Positions 14,795 through 42,320 of a stretch of DNA of 64,000 bases are shown here, piece by piece. Each line of letters begins with the position of its first letter. The stretch's first letter is position 1. The notes under the pieces were generated by a model, which saw nothing but the letters and a program-made list of their open reading frames with translations, did not search any database and had not been told where the DNA came from. This DNA comes from the human T2T-CHM13v2.0 reference genome, Homo sapiens, in NCBI RefSeq assembly GCF_009914755.1, contig NC_060936.1; one strand, 5' to 3'. The translations under genes and the position numbers were made by a program.

Positions 14795-15211
14795 TGACTT
14801 AAAAAAAAAAAAAAAAAGAGTGAGGAGGCTGAAGCCTCGGGAATAGGCCAGTCATTCGGGGGTTGAGAACAGGTTTTTTTCCTGGACTTACTAAACATAG
14901 CTGGCTTGATGTGGTAGGGTGGATAGACAGCTTTGCAACTCCAGTGTCGCAGAGATGGGCCTTGTGTACCAATAACTTGTAGATGTCTAATTCCTTTCCT
15001 AACTGTCTAGCACTGCTGACTTTGGGCAAGTCACAGTTAAATTTTGTACCCTTTATTTCTCATTTTAGAAATAGGGAGATATATATATATATCTCAAGAT
15101 AGCAGGAGAATTAAAGAGAAAGTAAAAACAATCTGCCTATACTTTTGTGTGCTGAAAAAGAAAATATTTAGTTATGAAAGAAGTTCATTCATATTATATA
15201 ATCCTGTAATG

Positions 15212-15503
15212 GGCTGGGCGTGATGGCTCACACCCGTAATTCTAGCACTTTGGGAGGCCGAGGTGGGTGGATCACGAGGTCAGGAGTTCGAGACCAGCCT
15301 GGCCAATATGGTGAAACCCCATCTCTACTAAAAATACAAAAATTAGCCAGATGTGGTGGTGCATGCCTGTTGTCCTAGCTACTCAGGAAGCTGAGGCAAG
15401 AGAATTACTTGAACCCAGGAGGCGGAGGTTGCAGTGAGCCGAGATTGCACCACTGTACTCCAACCTGGCGACAGAGCGAGGCTCTGCCTCAAAATAAAAT
15501 AAA
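15212..15503 (+). mobile_element. AluS (Sg-like)
   Basis: Full dimer; TSD aatcctgtaatg. Confidence 0.9.
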
Positions 15504-15524
15504 ATCCTGTAATGTCTGAGGGTT

Positions 15525-15838
15525 TTTGTTGTTGTTGTTGTTTTGTTTTTTGAGACTCTTGCTGTCTTACCCATGCAGTGGTGTGATCATGGCTCACTGT
15601 GGTCTTGACCTCCTGGGCTCAAGTGATCCTCCCATCTCAGCTTCCTGAGTAGCTGGGACTACAGTGTGCACCACCACATCTGACTAATTAAAAGAAATTT
15701 TTTTTTTTTTTTTTTTTTTTTTAGAGATAGGGTCTCACTATGTTGCCCAGGTTGGTCTTGAACTCCTGGACTCTGGTGATCCTCCCACTCAGCCTTTCAA
15801 AGTGCTGAGATTACAGGCATGAGCCACCACACCCAGCC
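15525..15838 (-). mobile_element. AluJ
   Basis: Antisense J dimer with (GTT)n tail. Confidence 0.88.
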
Positions 15839-15847
15839 TGAGGTGGC

Positions 15848-16149
15848 GTTTTTGTTTGTTTGTTTTTGAGACAGAGTCTCACTCTGTTGCCCAGGCTCAA
15901 GTGCAGTGGCACGATCTTGGCACACCGCAACCTCCGCCTCTCGGGCTCAAGTGATTCTCCTGCCTCAGCCTCCTGAGTAGCTGGGATTACAGGCACCCGC
16001 CACCATGCCCCGCTAATTTTTGTGTTTTTAGTAGAGACAGGGTTTCGCCATGTTGGCCAGGCTGGTCTTGAACTGCTGACCTCAGGTGATCTGCCCACCT
16101 CGGCTTCCCAAAGTGCTAAGATTACATGCATGAGCCACCGTGCCTGGCT
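15848..16149 (-). mobile_element. AluSx-like
   Basis: Antisense dimer flanked by direct repeat ccagcctgag. Confidence 0.9.
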
Positions 16150-16334
16150 CCAGCCTGAGCTTTTAAAAATACTATAGAAAACAGTTTCTATAATTCATCC
16201 CTGCCACCCCAACCCCAACTGCAAGATAGCTACATTTTATAAAATTATTCTTTTTAATCACTACACCAAAAACTGCTTTGGTGAGGCAGAGATGCCTAAT
16301 ATGCATCTCCTAAGCAGTGTAACTTTATTTTCAG

Positions 16335-16478
16335 TGACTCCTTCACCAGCCAAGCATAGAGCCAAGATGGATGATATTGTGGTTGTAGCTCAGGGCTCCC
16401 AGGCCTCACGGAACGTCAGCAACGATCCCGATGTCATCAAGTTGCAAGAGATTCCAACCTTCCAGCCCCTTTTGAAAG
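16335..16478 (+). CDS. BORCS5: BORCS5 coding exon 2 (144 nt, phase 1-1): (V)[47 protein letters not shown](G)
   Basis: Acceptor ctttattttcag|, donor AAG|GTAAAG; open and in frame with exon 1; recognised BORCS5 sequence. Confidence 0.95.
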
Positions 16479-16559
16479 GTAAAGGATTGCGTTTTGTTTT
16501 ATCTGAACTTGCTGGAGACGTTTGTGTAGCCCTACTACTTTCCCTCTACTTATCCATGT

Positions 16560-16838
16560 ATCTTGCTCTCTCATCTCCTTTAGGTCTTTGCTTAAATGGC
16601 ATCTTCTCAGTGAAGCCTTTCTTGATTTCCTTAATTAAAACTGCAGCCCCTTTGCCTACCTGTTTTTCTCTATAGCACTTAATTATCATTGACCTATTGC
16701 AAATATCTTTATCTGTCTATATTTCTCTGCTAGAATGTGAGCTCCATGATGGCAGGTATTTTCTCTTTTGCTCACTGTTGAATTCCCAGCACGTGAAATA
16801 TAATCTGGTATAAGATAGGGACTAAGTGAATGAATGAG
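16560..16838 (+). mobile_element. L2 3' fragment
   Basis: ctagaatgtgagctccatgatggcagg...tgaatgaatga. Confidence 0.7.
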
Positions 16839-17547
16839 GTTGGAAATGGCCCTTCCCTGTTATATTCCCATGGAAAGATTTTCATTCTTATTTGTGATCT
16901 GGACAGTGGGTGGACTAGTTCAGATCCATAGAGAAAAATCTCCATCACTACTGATACACTCGTAATTAATCCTGGCGGCAGTTTTATATGAGAGTGTGTG
17001 TTTGAGAAGAGAGATTACCCACCCAATTAGCATATATTGTGGTAGTTACCTTTTGAACGAAGGCCACAACTTTATTATTTTTGTATCTCTATTAAGTAGT
17101 GGAGATTATTTTATATTAACTGGTGTTTCTGCTGTAAGAGTCCTTCAGTTCTCTCCTCCCTCACCCCCACCAAAGATTAGGAAATAATGAACATAAGGCC
17201 CTGGTTTACTTAACTTGGTATAATACAGTGTAAAACATCTTACATTTACATAGCTATTTGTATTAAAATGCTCCTCCTCATACACATATCATCCCTTTAA
17301 TTCTTACATCATTAAATGTGTTTCAATGATTGGGGTAAGATAAGCTTCTTATAAGCCTTTTATAAGGCAGCTGGCATATACAGAGGTTGTACTTGAACCT
17401 TCTTCATTGATGTCAAATCCTATATTACACTGTTCCACACTATTTAGAAAACAAAAACAAATGGTGCTTTATAGATGATCCATATATTGTCTTATTCTTA
17501 CCAGTGCTTCATCTGTTTCATAAGTAAGGAAATACAAGCTTTCAGTT

Positions 17548-17677
17548 TCTTTTTTATTATTATTTAAGTTTTAGTGTACATGTGCACAACATGCAGGTTT
17601 GTTACATATGTATACATATGCTATGTTGGTGTGCTGCACCCATTAACTCGTCATTCACATTAGGTATATCTCCTAAT
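17548..17677 (-). mobile_element. L1PA 3' end, severely 5'-truncated (~130 bp)
   Basis: tttaagttttagtgtacatgtgcacaacatgcaggtttgttacatatgtatacat...taggtatatctcctaat. Confidence 0.9.
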
Positions 17678-17763
17678 CAATTTCTTCCCTACAGGCCTGA
17701 GAGTTAGACTTTGGTAAACATTCTGGCTCTTATGTAAAACAACACATTATATCATGTTACTCA

Positions 17764-19731
<1,968 letters not shown>

Positions 19732-19821
19732 AATTCGTTTTATGATAATCACTAGTAGGGGAAATATCTAGAAGACTTGGTGTTAAGGGAAGCTAACCTC
19801 AGATTTGAAGTCATCACTGAG

Positions 19822-20144
<323 letters not shown>

Positions 20145-20369
20145 TTAATGTGATGCAGTTAATGCAATGCAACTGGACCTGGTTGCATTGATAAATGAGT
20201 TTTAACTGGGACTTTGCCACCAACTATTATGTTGTCTGGCTTTGTTTTTCCACCTTTTTGAGCCTTGGTTATTAAGAACATTGAGAATAGGTGAGGAAGG
20301 AGGAAGGCTAGTAAGGAGCAGATTATAGGAAGAGGTTATCGGGGATTTGGTTAAGGAAGGTAGAGATGA

Positions 20370-20681
<312 letters not shown>

Positions 20682-23549
20682 TGATGAGAGTGGCGTGAAT
20701 CTAGAAATGACAACATGTGGCTGTGGCCAGACTATAGCAAACAAAAAGCCAGTGAGCATTGAAGGTGATGCTCATGTTTCACTTGTGAAGACGAAACATC
20801 TTGGGCCGTGATTAGGAAAGATAGGCAAAGGGGGTGGAAATGATAAGTTTAATTATGATGATAGTATCTTATCCCCCATGCTTCTACATAATAGCTATTG
20901 TTCTTTCTGTTTTTATAGATTAAAATATTGAGGCCTAGAGAGCTTAAATTAATTGCCTAAAGTCACATGGCTGTAAGTGATAGCACATTTTAAGATTGCA
21001 TCAGGACATAGAATAAGACTTAGTTTCCAATTCTAGCAAAGCCCATTATAGAAATCACTAGGATATACAGGAACTAGCGTGGTGGGTATGAGGTTGTTTG
21101 GGTTTTGAGGTACAGCATTTGTTGCAGAGCCTCCTGCTTTGACGTTGTTCTGCCTGATAATTAAAAGCCCTACCCTCTGCCTGCTGGGCTGCTGCAGGGG
21201 CCAGGCATCACTGTCGCCTTTATACTCTGACTCTTTTTTCCCCCTTTCCTGCTTTCAGGATGAGGCCATTCCTCAAAATAGTAAAAAGGCCACACAGTGA
21301 AGGCTGTACCCCCCAGGTTTGATTTCAGAAAGCTTTTATTCAACTTAATGACAGTTTATTCTTTCAAAACAATATATTGAAGTATTACACAGAGTTCACT
21401 ATTGTTTCATAATGTCATATGATGTAATGCTAATGCTGGTGGGTGATCTGCAGAGGCAGTGGCTGGGCGAGTTTGGGGCTATTTGTATGACTGAGGTAAT
21501 GTTTGCATTTTTAATAAGCAAGCAGATTCTTTCTTTGGCCTTAACCCTTTTGCATAAATATACCAGAGTATAATTTATGCTCCATAATCCAAATATCTGT
21601 TCCTTTTTTTATCAAAGGGATTTCTGTTTTTCATAGCAATGTCTGAATTAGTAATTTATTTTGACATGTAAAGCATTTTATAGGAAATGAAAGATTAGAA
21701 AATTAGAAAGTAGCTACAAATGGCTGTGACAGAACACAAAGGCAAAATAGTAGATTTGATGTAAGTTAGCAAGATTCCAAGAAGTTAACAAACCCTGTAT
21801 AGATTTCTTACTTGAAATTCAACCACTCATATTTTTTAATGAATCCCACTCTATTGTATGTCATTCTAAAGAAATGAAATATTTGCAAGAGAAAAGTAAT
21901 ATGGTTGGTGTTTTATATATAAAGTTACAAAAATAATTATTCACTCTTAGTAGATGAATATGTGCATATTTACACACATGCATGCATGTGACATTCTTTC
22001 CAACCGATCTGTCATTTTTGTTACTGACCTTGGATACAACGTAAGAGATTGTATTGCTGCCTATGGAAGGGGCTGTTTTTGTTAATAACAAGGATGATCA
22101 AACATATACAGTGTAGATACTGAAGTGATACTAAGCAGCTTTGTTGGGAGTTTGGTGTTTGGTTGTTAAGAACATGATGCATGTGAAGTAGATTTTGATA
22201 ATTAAAAGGAGCCTGGGGCTTTTCATAGTGGAGCGAAATCTCATGGAACAGCAGTGAAAGCTTTCAAATCACATGGAACATTGAGAACTGGAACCTGAAA
22301 GTGTAGCTAGGGAAGAATGAAGCAATGGAAAAAGGGCGATAAGGAGAGCATGATGGAGCTAGATTTCAAATGACCAGTTTCTTCACATTCTTCTGTCATC
22401 TGGACAAATAAAAGTCTTTGCATTCATCAGATGTCTGCCTCTACCAGCTGTCAGACCTTATCATTGCATTGGAAAATGGCAGCCAAAGGAGGGGACAAGA
22501 GAATGGATCTTAATCAGAGCCACAGTCTTCTCTGAATGGCTTAAAGGTAATCTCTAAACCCAGGGGTAATCCTAAGTATATTTTCTCCCAAATACCATAT
22601 TGGAAAGATTGATGACTTATTCCTGATTACTTTATGGGTTTGTATTTGTAATAGCTCTTCAGTTAAGCTTTTAAACATGGCTATTCAGAGAAGTGTGAGT
22701 TGTGTGTAAAAACAAAAACAAAAATAAACATAGCTGTTTACCAGCATTGGGTTAGCCTTACTCAGAAGAGTGGGAAGTACCAGGTGAATGGTTGCTTTCA
22801 ACCGATTGAGAAAGTGAAGCTGTCTCACCAGAACACCCTCATCTTTTCCCTTACTCCCATAAATCTCTGTGTGCCTGCATCCATTCTTGTTTCTTTCCAT
22901 TAAGTCTCAGATGAGGTATTCATGCCTTTCTCTGAAACTTAATGCCATTCTGTTTCACTCTTTCCATTTGCTGGGACTTTGCTCCTGTCCTTTTCTCTTT
23001 TTGTCTCGCAACTAGCTTAGTGGACCTCTTTCCTCTTGTTCAGATATACAGCTCTTCCCATCTTAAAAACAGAAGACGAACACTTTCTTTCAATTCAGTT
23101 GCCCTCTTGGCTACCACGCTTTCTCTGTTCTCATTTCTGCTGCCAAACTTACTGACTCCATGGGTGCTACATGCTGTCCCTGCTTCCTTGATACCTCTGC
23201 CATTTGGGAAGTTCCCCTGGACAGGCTCTCATATACATAACTTCATCCATATTTGCTGCTTTGGAGGATTACTAGTGTTTTCTTTTCATGCTTGAAGTTT
23301 TTTTCTCAGTCCACATCCTCCTCTTCTTTTCCGTATTTAACATAGGTTTCTATCCCACTTGTTAAAACTCCCTTCCTTTAGTTTATGATACCTCCCCACC
23401 CAGTGGTATTCTGTTTTGTTTTTTTTTTTTTAATCTACTGGTTAGTCTCTATTCCTCTCTGCACAGCATTTTGCCTAGTGCTCTTTTGGAAAAACAAGAT
23501 TCTAAGGCGCTTTAAGTATTCTGAAATGTAGCCATTAAGATGATTTTAA

Positions 23550-23880
<331 letters not shown>

Positions 23881-24810
23881 AGCTTCAACTCCTTGTTCTG
23901 TTTGTCCATCATCTTGCTCTGTTTGTCTATACAGTCGCTTTAAATTCAGCGTATTCCATCTTCCACTTGTGTATTATGTATTTATTCATTTTATTTATTC
24001 AACAAACACTGGATCTTCTTAGGCAAGTAGTGTACACTTGAAAAGAATGTGTTCTGTAGTTAATGGGTATAGTGTTCTATAAATATCACTTAGGTCAAGA
24101 AATGGTGATGTTCAAATCTTGTGTGTGCATATTGATTTATTTCATTAATTTGATCACTTAATGAAAGAGAGGTATTCAAATATCCAGCTATTTTTGTTAA
24201 TTTGTCTATTCTGGTTATTCCATTGGTTTCTACTTTGTGTGTTTTGAAAGTCTATTATTAGGCATATATGCATTAAATATTATTATATTGATCCTTCCGT
24301 CTTTATGAAAATGTGCTACCTATGTGTTATTACCCCTGTCTTGTAGTCTAATTTGTTTTCTATCAATATAGCCACTCCAGCTTTCTTACACTTACTATTT
24401 GCATAGTATACCTTTTACTATTCTTTACTTATTTTTATCGATTTATGTCTTTATATTTAAAGGGCATCTCTTGTAGACAGCATATAGTAGGGTCTTGCTT
24501 TTGTATTTAGGCTATCGTCTGCTTTTTAATTGGTGTGTAAATTGATATGGTTGGATTTAGGTCTCCCATTTTGCTCTTCATTTTCTATTTGTGCTGTGTG
24601 CTTTTGGTTACTTTCATACTCCTTTCCTGCTTCCTTGCATTACAAAAATTTTTTTTTAGTATGTATTCCATTTTAGTTTCTTTTCTGGCTCTTTAAGTTA
24701 TACTCCTTTGCATTATTTTTTTAGTGGTTGCTCTAGAGGTTACAATATAGTCTTGATATTTATTATAGTTCATTTAGAATTACTATTGTATCACTTCATG
24801 TAAAATGTAG

Positions 24811-25212
<402 letters not shown>

Positions 25213-25232
25213 TAGAAATCCCATAGTGGTTT

Positions 25233-25235
<3 letters not shown>

Positions 25236-25275
<40 letters not shown>
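25236..25275. repeat. (CA)n microsatellite, ~20 units
   Basis: Seen directly. Confidence 0.95.
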
Positions 25276-25279
<4 letters not shown>

Positions 25280-25798
25280 TTGTTTTAATAATATATTTTT
25301 TGAAGTGATTAAGAGAAGAAAATAACTATATATAGAATGTGATGTTTACCCACATAGTTAACATTTCCAGAATTCCTAATCCCTTTCTCCAGTTTCCATT
25401 TGATGTCATTTATTTTTAGTTTAAAGGACTTCTTTTAGCATATCTTGCAGTACAGGTCAGCTGGAAAAAAGTCCTGTTTTTATCTATCTGAACTTTTTTT
25501 TGCCCACTTTTGTTATAAAGTCATTTTTTGGTGTAATTACTAAGTTTTTGAAGACATATTGTGAGACTCCATGAAATCTCATTTTTTAATCTACCTTTAT
25601 TTCATCAGTTATAATATCTATTGATGATTCTTGCTTGAATTAATTATGCTGTGATGGCTACCAAATAACTGTTTTCTAAATTTTTCATTCCTTCTACATT
25701 TATTAGTTTATATTCTATTGGAAGGAATAGGTTTCTCATCTCCCCATTTATTTATTCAAATCAGTGCGGGAACAGTCAGCTCCTATTTTATCCAATGA

Positions 25799-26125
<327 letters not shown>

Positions 26126-27158
26126 TGATCCGCCCACCTCGGCCTCCCAAAGTGCTGGGATTACAGGCGTGAGCCACTGCGCCTGGCCTACTGTGTCCTT
26201 TTAACATATTCCCCTTATACTTTGAAAATGTCTTTATTTTCTGGCACAATATAATGTTCCAGACTTATTTTGTTCTTCCATGTCTCCAGCTCTAGAATCG
26301 GGTATTTCTTAAAGGAACCCTGGTTCTTTTAGTGAAGGGTCTTATTTAGAATCCATTTCTGGACCTTCTCAGAAGATTTAGCTAGGGAATCCATAGATAC
26401 ACACCCACACATTTACACCTATGTTTATTTTTTATATGTTCGTGTATTTGGCAACACGATCTTGCCCTTTCACCCTGGCTGGAGTGCAGTGGCACAATCA
26501 CGGCTCACTGCAGCTTTGACCTCCTGGGCTCAAGGAATCCTCCTACCTCAGCCTCCTGAGCAGCTGGGACTACTCTGCGTGCCACCACGCCCAACTAATC
26601 TTTTTGTATTTTTTGTAGAGATGGGGTTTCCCAATGTTGCCTAGGCTAGTCTCAAACTCCTGGGCACAAGCGATCCACCTGCCTCAGCCTCCCAAAGTGC
26701 TGGGATTGCAGGCATGAGCCACCATGCCTGGCCTATATTTTCTATATATTGAAAATGACAAGTTCACACTAATATGTTCTCTATGTTCTTTGATCTGCAG
26801 GTTTGTACTTTTAATCGAAAACTTTGGTCATTATGTCTTCCAATATTTTTCTGCTCCCCCCACCTGCTTTTTGTGGGACGCCAATTCGATGTTAGACCGC
26901 TTGATATTTTCTTACACATCACTGACACACCTTTCAATTTTTATTTTTAGTCTTTTCCTTTCTGTCCTTACTTTGGATAATTTTTACTGCTGTGTTTCCA
27001 TGTTCAGTGGTCTTTTTTTCTGTCATGTCTGTACTGCTTTTAATCTCATCCAAGGTGTTCTTAATTTCAGATGCTGGTATTTTTCAGCTTTAGATTCTCC
27101 CCCTTAAATGTCTTTGATCTCTCTGCTTATCATGCTTATGTTTTCCTCTACTTTTTGA

Positions 27159-27398
<240 letters not shown>

Positions 27399-28125
27399 TG
27401 AACTCCTGACCTCAGGTGATCCACCTGCCTCGGCTTCCTAAAGTGCTGGGAGTAGAGTGCATTTCTTTTAAAATTTACTTACTAATTTTTTTTTTCCTTT
27501 TAGAGACAGGATCTCGCTCTGTTGCCCAGGCTAGAGTGCAGTGGCACCACCGTGGCTCACTGCAGCCTCAACCCCCCTGGGCTCAAGCAAACCGCCTGCT
27601 TCAGTCCACCAAATTGTTGGGATTACAGGCATGCACCACCACACCTGGCCTGGATTTCATTTTATTCCTTTAAGGATACCAGACTTTATTCTGGCATATA
27701 CATATGGTTAAGTTACTTGTAGTCATTTGGACCCTTCCCATGTTTTCTTTTAAATACCGTTGGGGCTCATCTAGTGCAGTCTTTGCCTAGTTTAATTTCA
27801 TCTCACTACTAAGGTGAAATCCTTCTGAGTACTCTACCTGTTGCCTTATGTATTATGAAGTCTCTCCACTGTGGCTAATGGGAACATGAGCTCTTCAGAA
27901 AATATTTGGCCTACTGCTTCTCTCTAGTTTTCTCCAGTCTCTGGAATTTCACCTTACAAATTTACAGATGATGTTTTCAGAGATTTAAGGGTACCCTGTG
28001 CAGATCTCAAGGCTGCCCCCTTCTCTCCCATATTCTGTTGTGTAAATCCTACCCACTTTAGTTTCTGCAAACTTTGCTCTCTCTCTAACTCAGTGAGGCT
28101 GCTGGGCTTTTTTTGATGTCCATTC

Positions 28126-28497
28126 TGCTATGGACTGAATGATTATGTCTCCCCCCAATTCACAGGTTGAAATTGTAATCCCCAATATGCTGTATTAGGA
28201 GATGGGGCCTTGGGAAGTGATTTGATCATGAGGGTGGAGCCCTCATGTCATGGGAGTCACGCCCTTACAAGAAGAGAGGGGAGAGAGGTTCCTTCTTCCT
28301 TCTGTTCTTAGCCATGTGAGGACACAAGGAGAAGACAGCCATTTGCAAACCAGGAAGAGTGCCCTCACCAAATATCCAATGTGCTAGCACCTAAATCTTG
28401 TACTTCCCAGCCTCCAGAACTGTGAGAAATAAATGTATGTTGTTTAAGCCATCCAGTTTATGGTATTCTTGTTGTAGCAGCCTGTACCGACCAAGAC
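28126..28497 (+). mobile_element. MLT1A-like MaLR solo LTR
   Basis: TG...CA ends; catgagggtggagccctcatg, gccatgtgaggacac, cctccagaactgtgagaaataaat. Confidence 0.85.
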
Positions 28498-29095
28498 ACC
28501 TCCCTGGTCTGCCTCTTGGAAACTGCCTTTAGGTAATAAGCTGGGAAAATGGTAGGGCTTGTTTTCCTTCTTTCAGGGATCAAAGTCCTGTGCTGCCTGT
28601 TATACAGTATCGGAAATGAGTGTTTCATATATTTTTGTCTGGTTTTCTAGTTGTTTATTATTGCATAATAGCAGTTAATCCTTCATGTGCAGAGGCAGAA
28701 ATCCTTAAAAAAATGCTTTTTAATCCATATTTTTCTGTCCGATACCAGTTTTTCCATTTTACTTATAAGACCCTCCTGCCAACAGCCTTTAATTGGTCAT
28801 TCATTTCTGCAACATATTGATAAGCACCTGCTAAGTGCCTGATGTGGTCAGACAGTGCAGGTACAAAAAATAGAAGACATAGTTGCTGCCCTTTAGGACC
28901 TTATTGTTTTGTGAGCGATTTAGACAGGTAAGTATTCACAATAATATCATATTAGTAACACTGGCCACATGTCCCAAAGAGTAGATAAACATGGAGGAGA
29001 TAATTATTAATTTGGCCTGGGAATTTGGGGCAGGCTTCCTAGAGGAAGTAGAATTCAGCTGAGCTTTGAGGGATGAATAGCAGGTAGCTACATAG

Positions 29096-31672
<2,577 letters not shown>

Positions 31673-31950
31673 TGCTCTTCAATCTTTTTTAATTGAGGGC
31701 TTTTCTCTAACTTAAAGAATCAGTATCTTTTTATTTCAGTAAATCTTATGTTATGTCAAAATTAATTTTTCTCAGCCATAGGAGAAGGAAAAAATAAATC
31801 CAACAGAGAGTTAACAGTTACATAGGCCAAAGGCAAATTAATAATAAATGCCATAGGTCTTTCTCATATTTTGCCATTTTTAAAATAAGATGGCCTTCCT
31901 TTAGTGTAGTAATTAAATTTATAGCAGTCCTGTGTTTAACAACACTTTTA

Positions 31951-31965
31951 CCACTAGATGTCACT
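31951..31965 (+). promoter_or_regulatory. Candidate CTCF site
   Basis: CCACTAGATGTCACT is one mismatch from the CCACTAGATGGCA core and lies in a unique island. Confidence 0.45.
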
Positions 31966-32306
31966 AGACTAAAACAATTGGTAAGCTTGTTGAAACTGCT
32001 GCAACCTGGTGCAGTCTTTTCAAAGGCCTTTGGTTAATAAGGCTTCCTCTGTAGCACCTGCATTTCTCATAAAACTAAGTCACAGCTTGCTTCAAGCACA
32101 AGCTGATTGGGAAATATACATGTTCTGTGACACGTTAGTAATCTAGAATTACTTATTTTAGTGTTTATCAGGACAGAAAAGGACAAATCTTACTACCGGA
32201 GGAAACTTTTTAGTGACCTTAATTTTTTGGAGAGAAAACGATTTTCAGTCTATCTCTGTACTCAGAGAAGCATTTATCGTCACACCTCAGGTTTCTCAAG
32301 AGTTGA

Positions 32307-32618
<312 letters not shown>

Positions 32619-33228
32619 AAGAGTTGGGATTTTGTCTTAGACATCGTGGATTTCTTAGGGCCCAGCACAAAGCTTGGCACTTGGTAGGTACTCAGTAAAT
32701 GCAATTAAGCATTAGGGTAGTATACTAGATGTCATGGGGGAAAAGATAGCTCACAGGTCCTCTGCTCTCAAGAAGTCTCATTTGGGAGATAATACATGCC
32801 CACAGCACAGGGTATTGTATGTAAACCAAATGAGTAGTGCATTCACTAGCTTCTGTAGTATTTCAGGGGATCAGTAGCTCTTGAGAGCTAGCGGTAGTGA
32901 TCAAAGGTGTCCTTAAGAGAAAGCATATTTAGAGATGCAAAAGTAGGACAGTTACAAGTGAAGAAAGCAATGAGCCAAGGTTTAAGGATAGGAAAATGCA
33001 GGCAGTAAAGATTTAGAAAGATAAAAACTCAAGGGCCCTGAATTTAAAGCATACATTTAGGTTTAATATTTTTTAGGGATATTGGAGGGGACATTGAAGG
33101 ATATTGGTGTGGGAAAATAATATGTTGCATGATAGTTTGTAATTTACAAAACAATAGCACTTGAAGAAGAATGAATTAAAGATGATTGCTCTTTGATTTT
33201 AAAATACTTCTGTTTTAAAGTCTATTAT

Positions 33229-33529
<301 letters not shown>

Positions 33530-33944
33530 CTACTACAAACACTTTTATTTAAAAGAGAGAACATAGGCATAGGGCTTAGTATATAGTACCTCTCACTTAA
33601 TAAACCCTCAGTACATGATTCTTGTTGATAGTAATATTATTAAATGAGGAAAAAATATTAGAGACATGCTACAAAATAACTAACCGGTTTTCTTTATAAG
33701 AGTCAAAGTCTTGAAAGACAAGGAACAATTGAAGAATTATCACAGATTTAAGGAGACTAAGGAGACATGCAGTGTGGGTCCTGGATTGGGTCCTAGAATG
33801 AGAAAGGATGTTAGTGGGAAAAAAGGGCACATTTGAATAGTTGTGTAGTTTAGTTGATTATATTGTAGCAGTGTTAATTTCCTGGTTTTGATCATTGTAT
33901 TGCAGTTACATACTATGTTAATATTAAGGGGAAGCTGCTGAGGG

Positions 33945-34555
<611 letters not shown>

Positions 34556-34814
34556 TGCAACTTTTCTTTAACTTCTTTTGCTTTTTTTAAACTTCTTATT
34601 CAAAAATAGTAAGTTTAAAAATACAATTTTGTTTTAGAAAAGATTTCAATTTTGTATTTGAACTAAGTTATCTACTGAGAGGTCGGATGTCAACAGAAAG
34701 AATTTAGAATCTCCTACCCGACAGAGCTTTTAAGATCCACTAAAGCCCATTAAGCAATCCACTAGAATAGCTTAAGGCAAGAGTGGGTTCCCTTGAAGAC
34801 CCAGAAGTAGAACC

Positions 34815-35500
34815 TCTGAGGTGCTTCCTTGATTAGGCTTTGTCTCAGTGGAATGTTGGAGCTAGTTTGATTGTCTATCCAGACCATTAAAACTTTTTAT
34901 GTCAGCACTAGGGCTGTTTTTGCCTTTGTGTGTTCACTGGAGTAGCACTTTTAATTCCCTTTAAGAACTTGTCCTTTGCATTCACAGCTTGGCAAACTGG
35001 TGCAAGAGGCCTGACTTCTACCCTGTCTTAGCTTTGAACATACCTTCCTCACTCTAGCTTTTGATTTAAAGTGAGAGATGTGCAATTCTTCCTTTCACTT
35101 GAACACATAAAGACCATTGTAGGGGAATTCATTGGCCTGATTTCAATATTATTGTATTTCAGGGAGTAGGTCCAAGGAGAGGGTGATAGCCGGGGGAATG
35201 ATTGGTCCGTGAAGCAGTCAGAGCACATGCAACACTTCTCAGTTTAAGTTTCCTGTTTTCTATGGGTGTGGTTTGTGGTGCCCAAAACAATTACAATAGT
35301 GACATCAAAGATCACTGATCACAGATCACCATGACAGATATCATAATAATGGAAGTTTGAAATATTGCAAGAATTACCAAAATGTGACAGACATGAAGTA
35401 AGCACCCTGCCACAAATCTTCAATTTGTAAAAAAAAACACAGTATCTGTGAAGCACAATTTAAAAAAAATTTGAAGTGGAATAGAATGAGGTGTGCCTAT
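34815..35500 (-). mobile_element. Tigger1 5' fragment
   Basis: acatcaaagatcactgatcacagatcacc...cttcaatttgtaaaaaa...aatgaggtgtgcct matches the reverse of the recalled Tigger1 start. Confidence 0.8.
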
Positions 35501-35589
35501 ATATGGAAGATGGCTTGATCTAATCAGAGATAAAAAGAGATGAATGAGGACCATATCAAAATTATTTCCAGTTTGCAGTTAATTCTGCT

Positions 35590-39720
<4,131 letters not shown>

Positions 39721-40386
39721 TGCTGTTGTTACTTTTTTGTCTGTTCATTGCTCTTTGTTTAGTAACATGTTTGTCAAACCTGTGAAATCTTTTTCCTGTG
39801 GTTTGTGGCCATTAATGTCTCTACTTTTCCACCCCACACCCTCCTTTTTAAAAGACGACAATCACTTTATTATCTCTCAGATTTCTGTGGGTCAGGGATT
39901 CTGGAAGGGCTCAGCTGGGCAGTTCTGACTTTGTTATGCAGCTGCAGTCAGTTGGTGGCTGGAGCTGAAATAACAGGGGCTGGAGCAGCTGGGGGCCGTC
40001 TGGGCAGCTCTCTTTATTTGTGTAGTCTCAGGTCCTCTCCATGTGTCTGCTTGCTTTTTAAACTTGCTTATATCTTTACATCTGCTTTCCTAGGGGTTGT
40101 CCATATGTCTGCATGGGTTAATAGTCAGTTATTGATCAGAGGTTGTACTTAACCACCTTGATCAGGAAGGCTTCTGTCATCTGTAAATGGCTCTGCGTGG
40201 CAGGGTAGCACATTCAAAGTTCAGGCCATTTTCAAATCTTATCTTTTGTTCACTGCTGAACCCTTTCACCTCTCCCCTTGGAATACACACACCCTCAGTG
40301 TCAGCTAGGAGCACGTGACTGGTTGCACCCTTTCAGGTCTCTGCTGCAAATGCATACAGCCTTAGCTAGGAGTAAGCTTGCCCTGA

Positions 40387-42320
<1,934 letters not shown>

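Noticed and set aside
16292-16675. 127-aa ORF starting MPNMHLL
   Set aside because: Only 16335-16478 is exonic; the flanks are intron and L2 sequence
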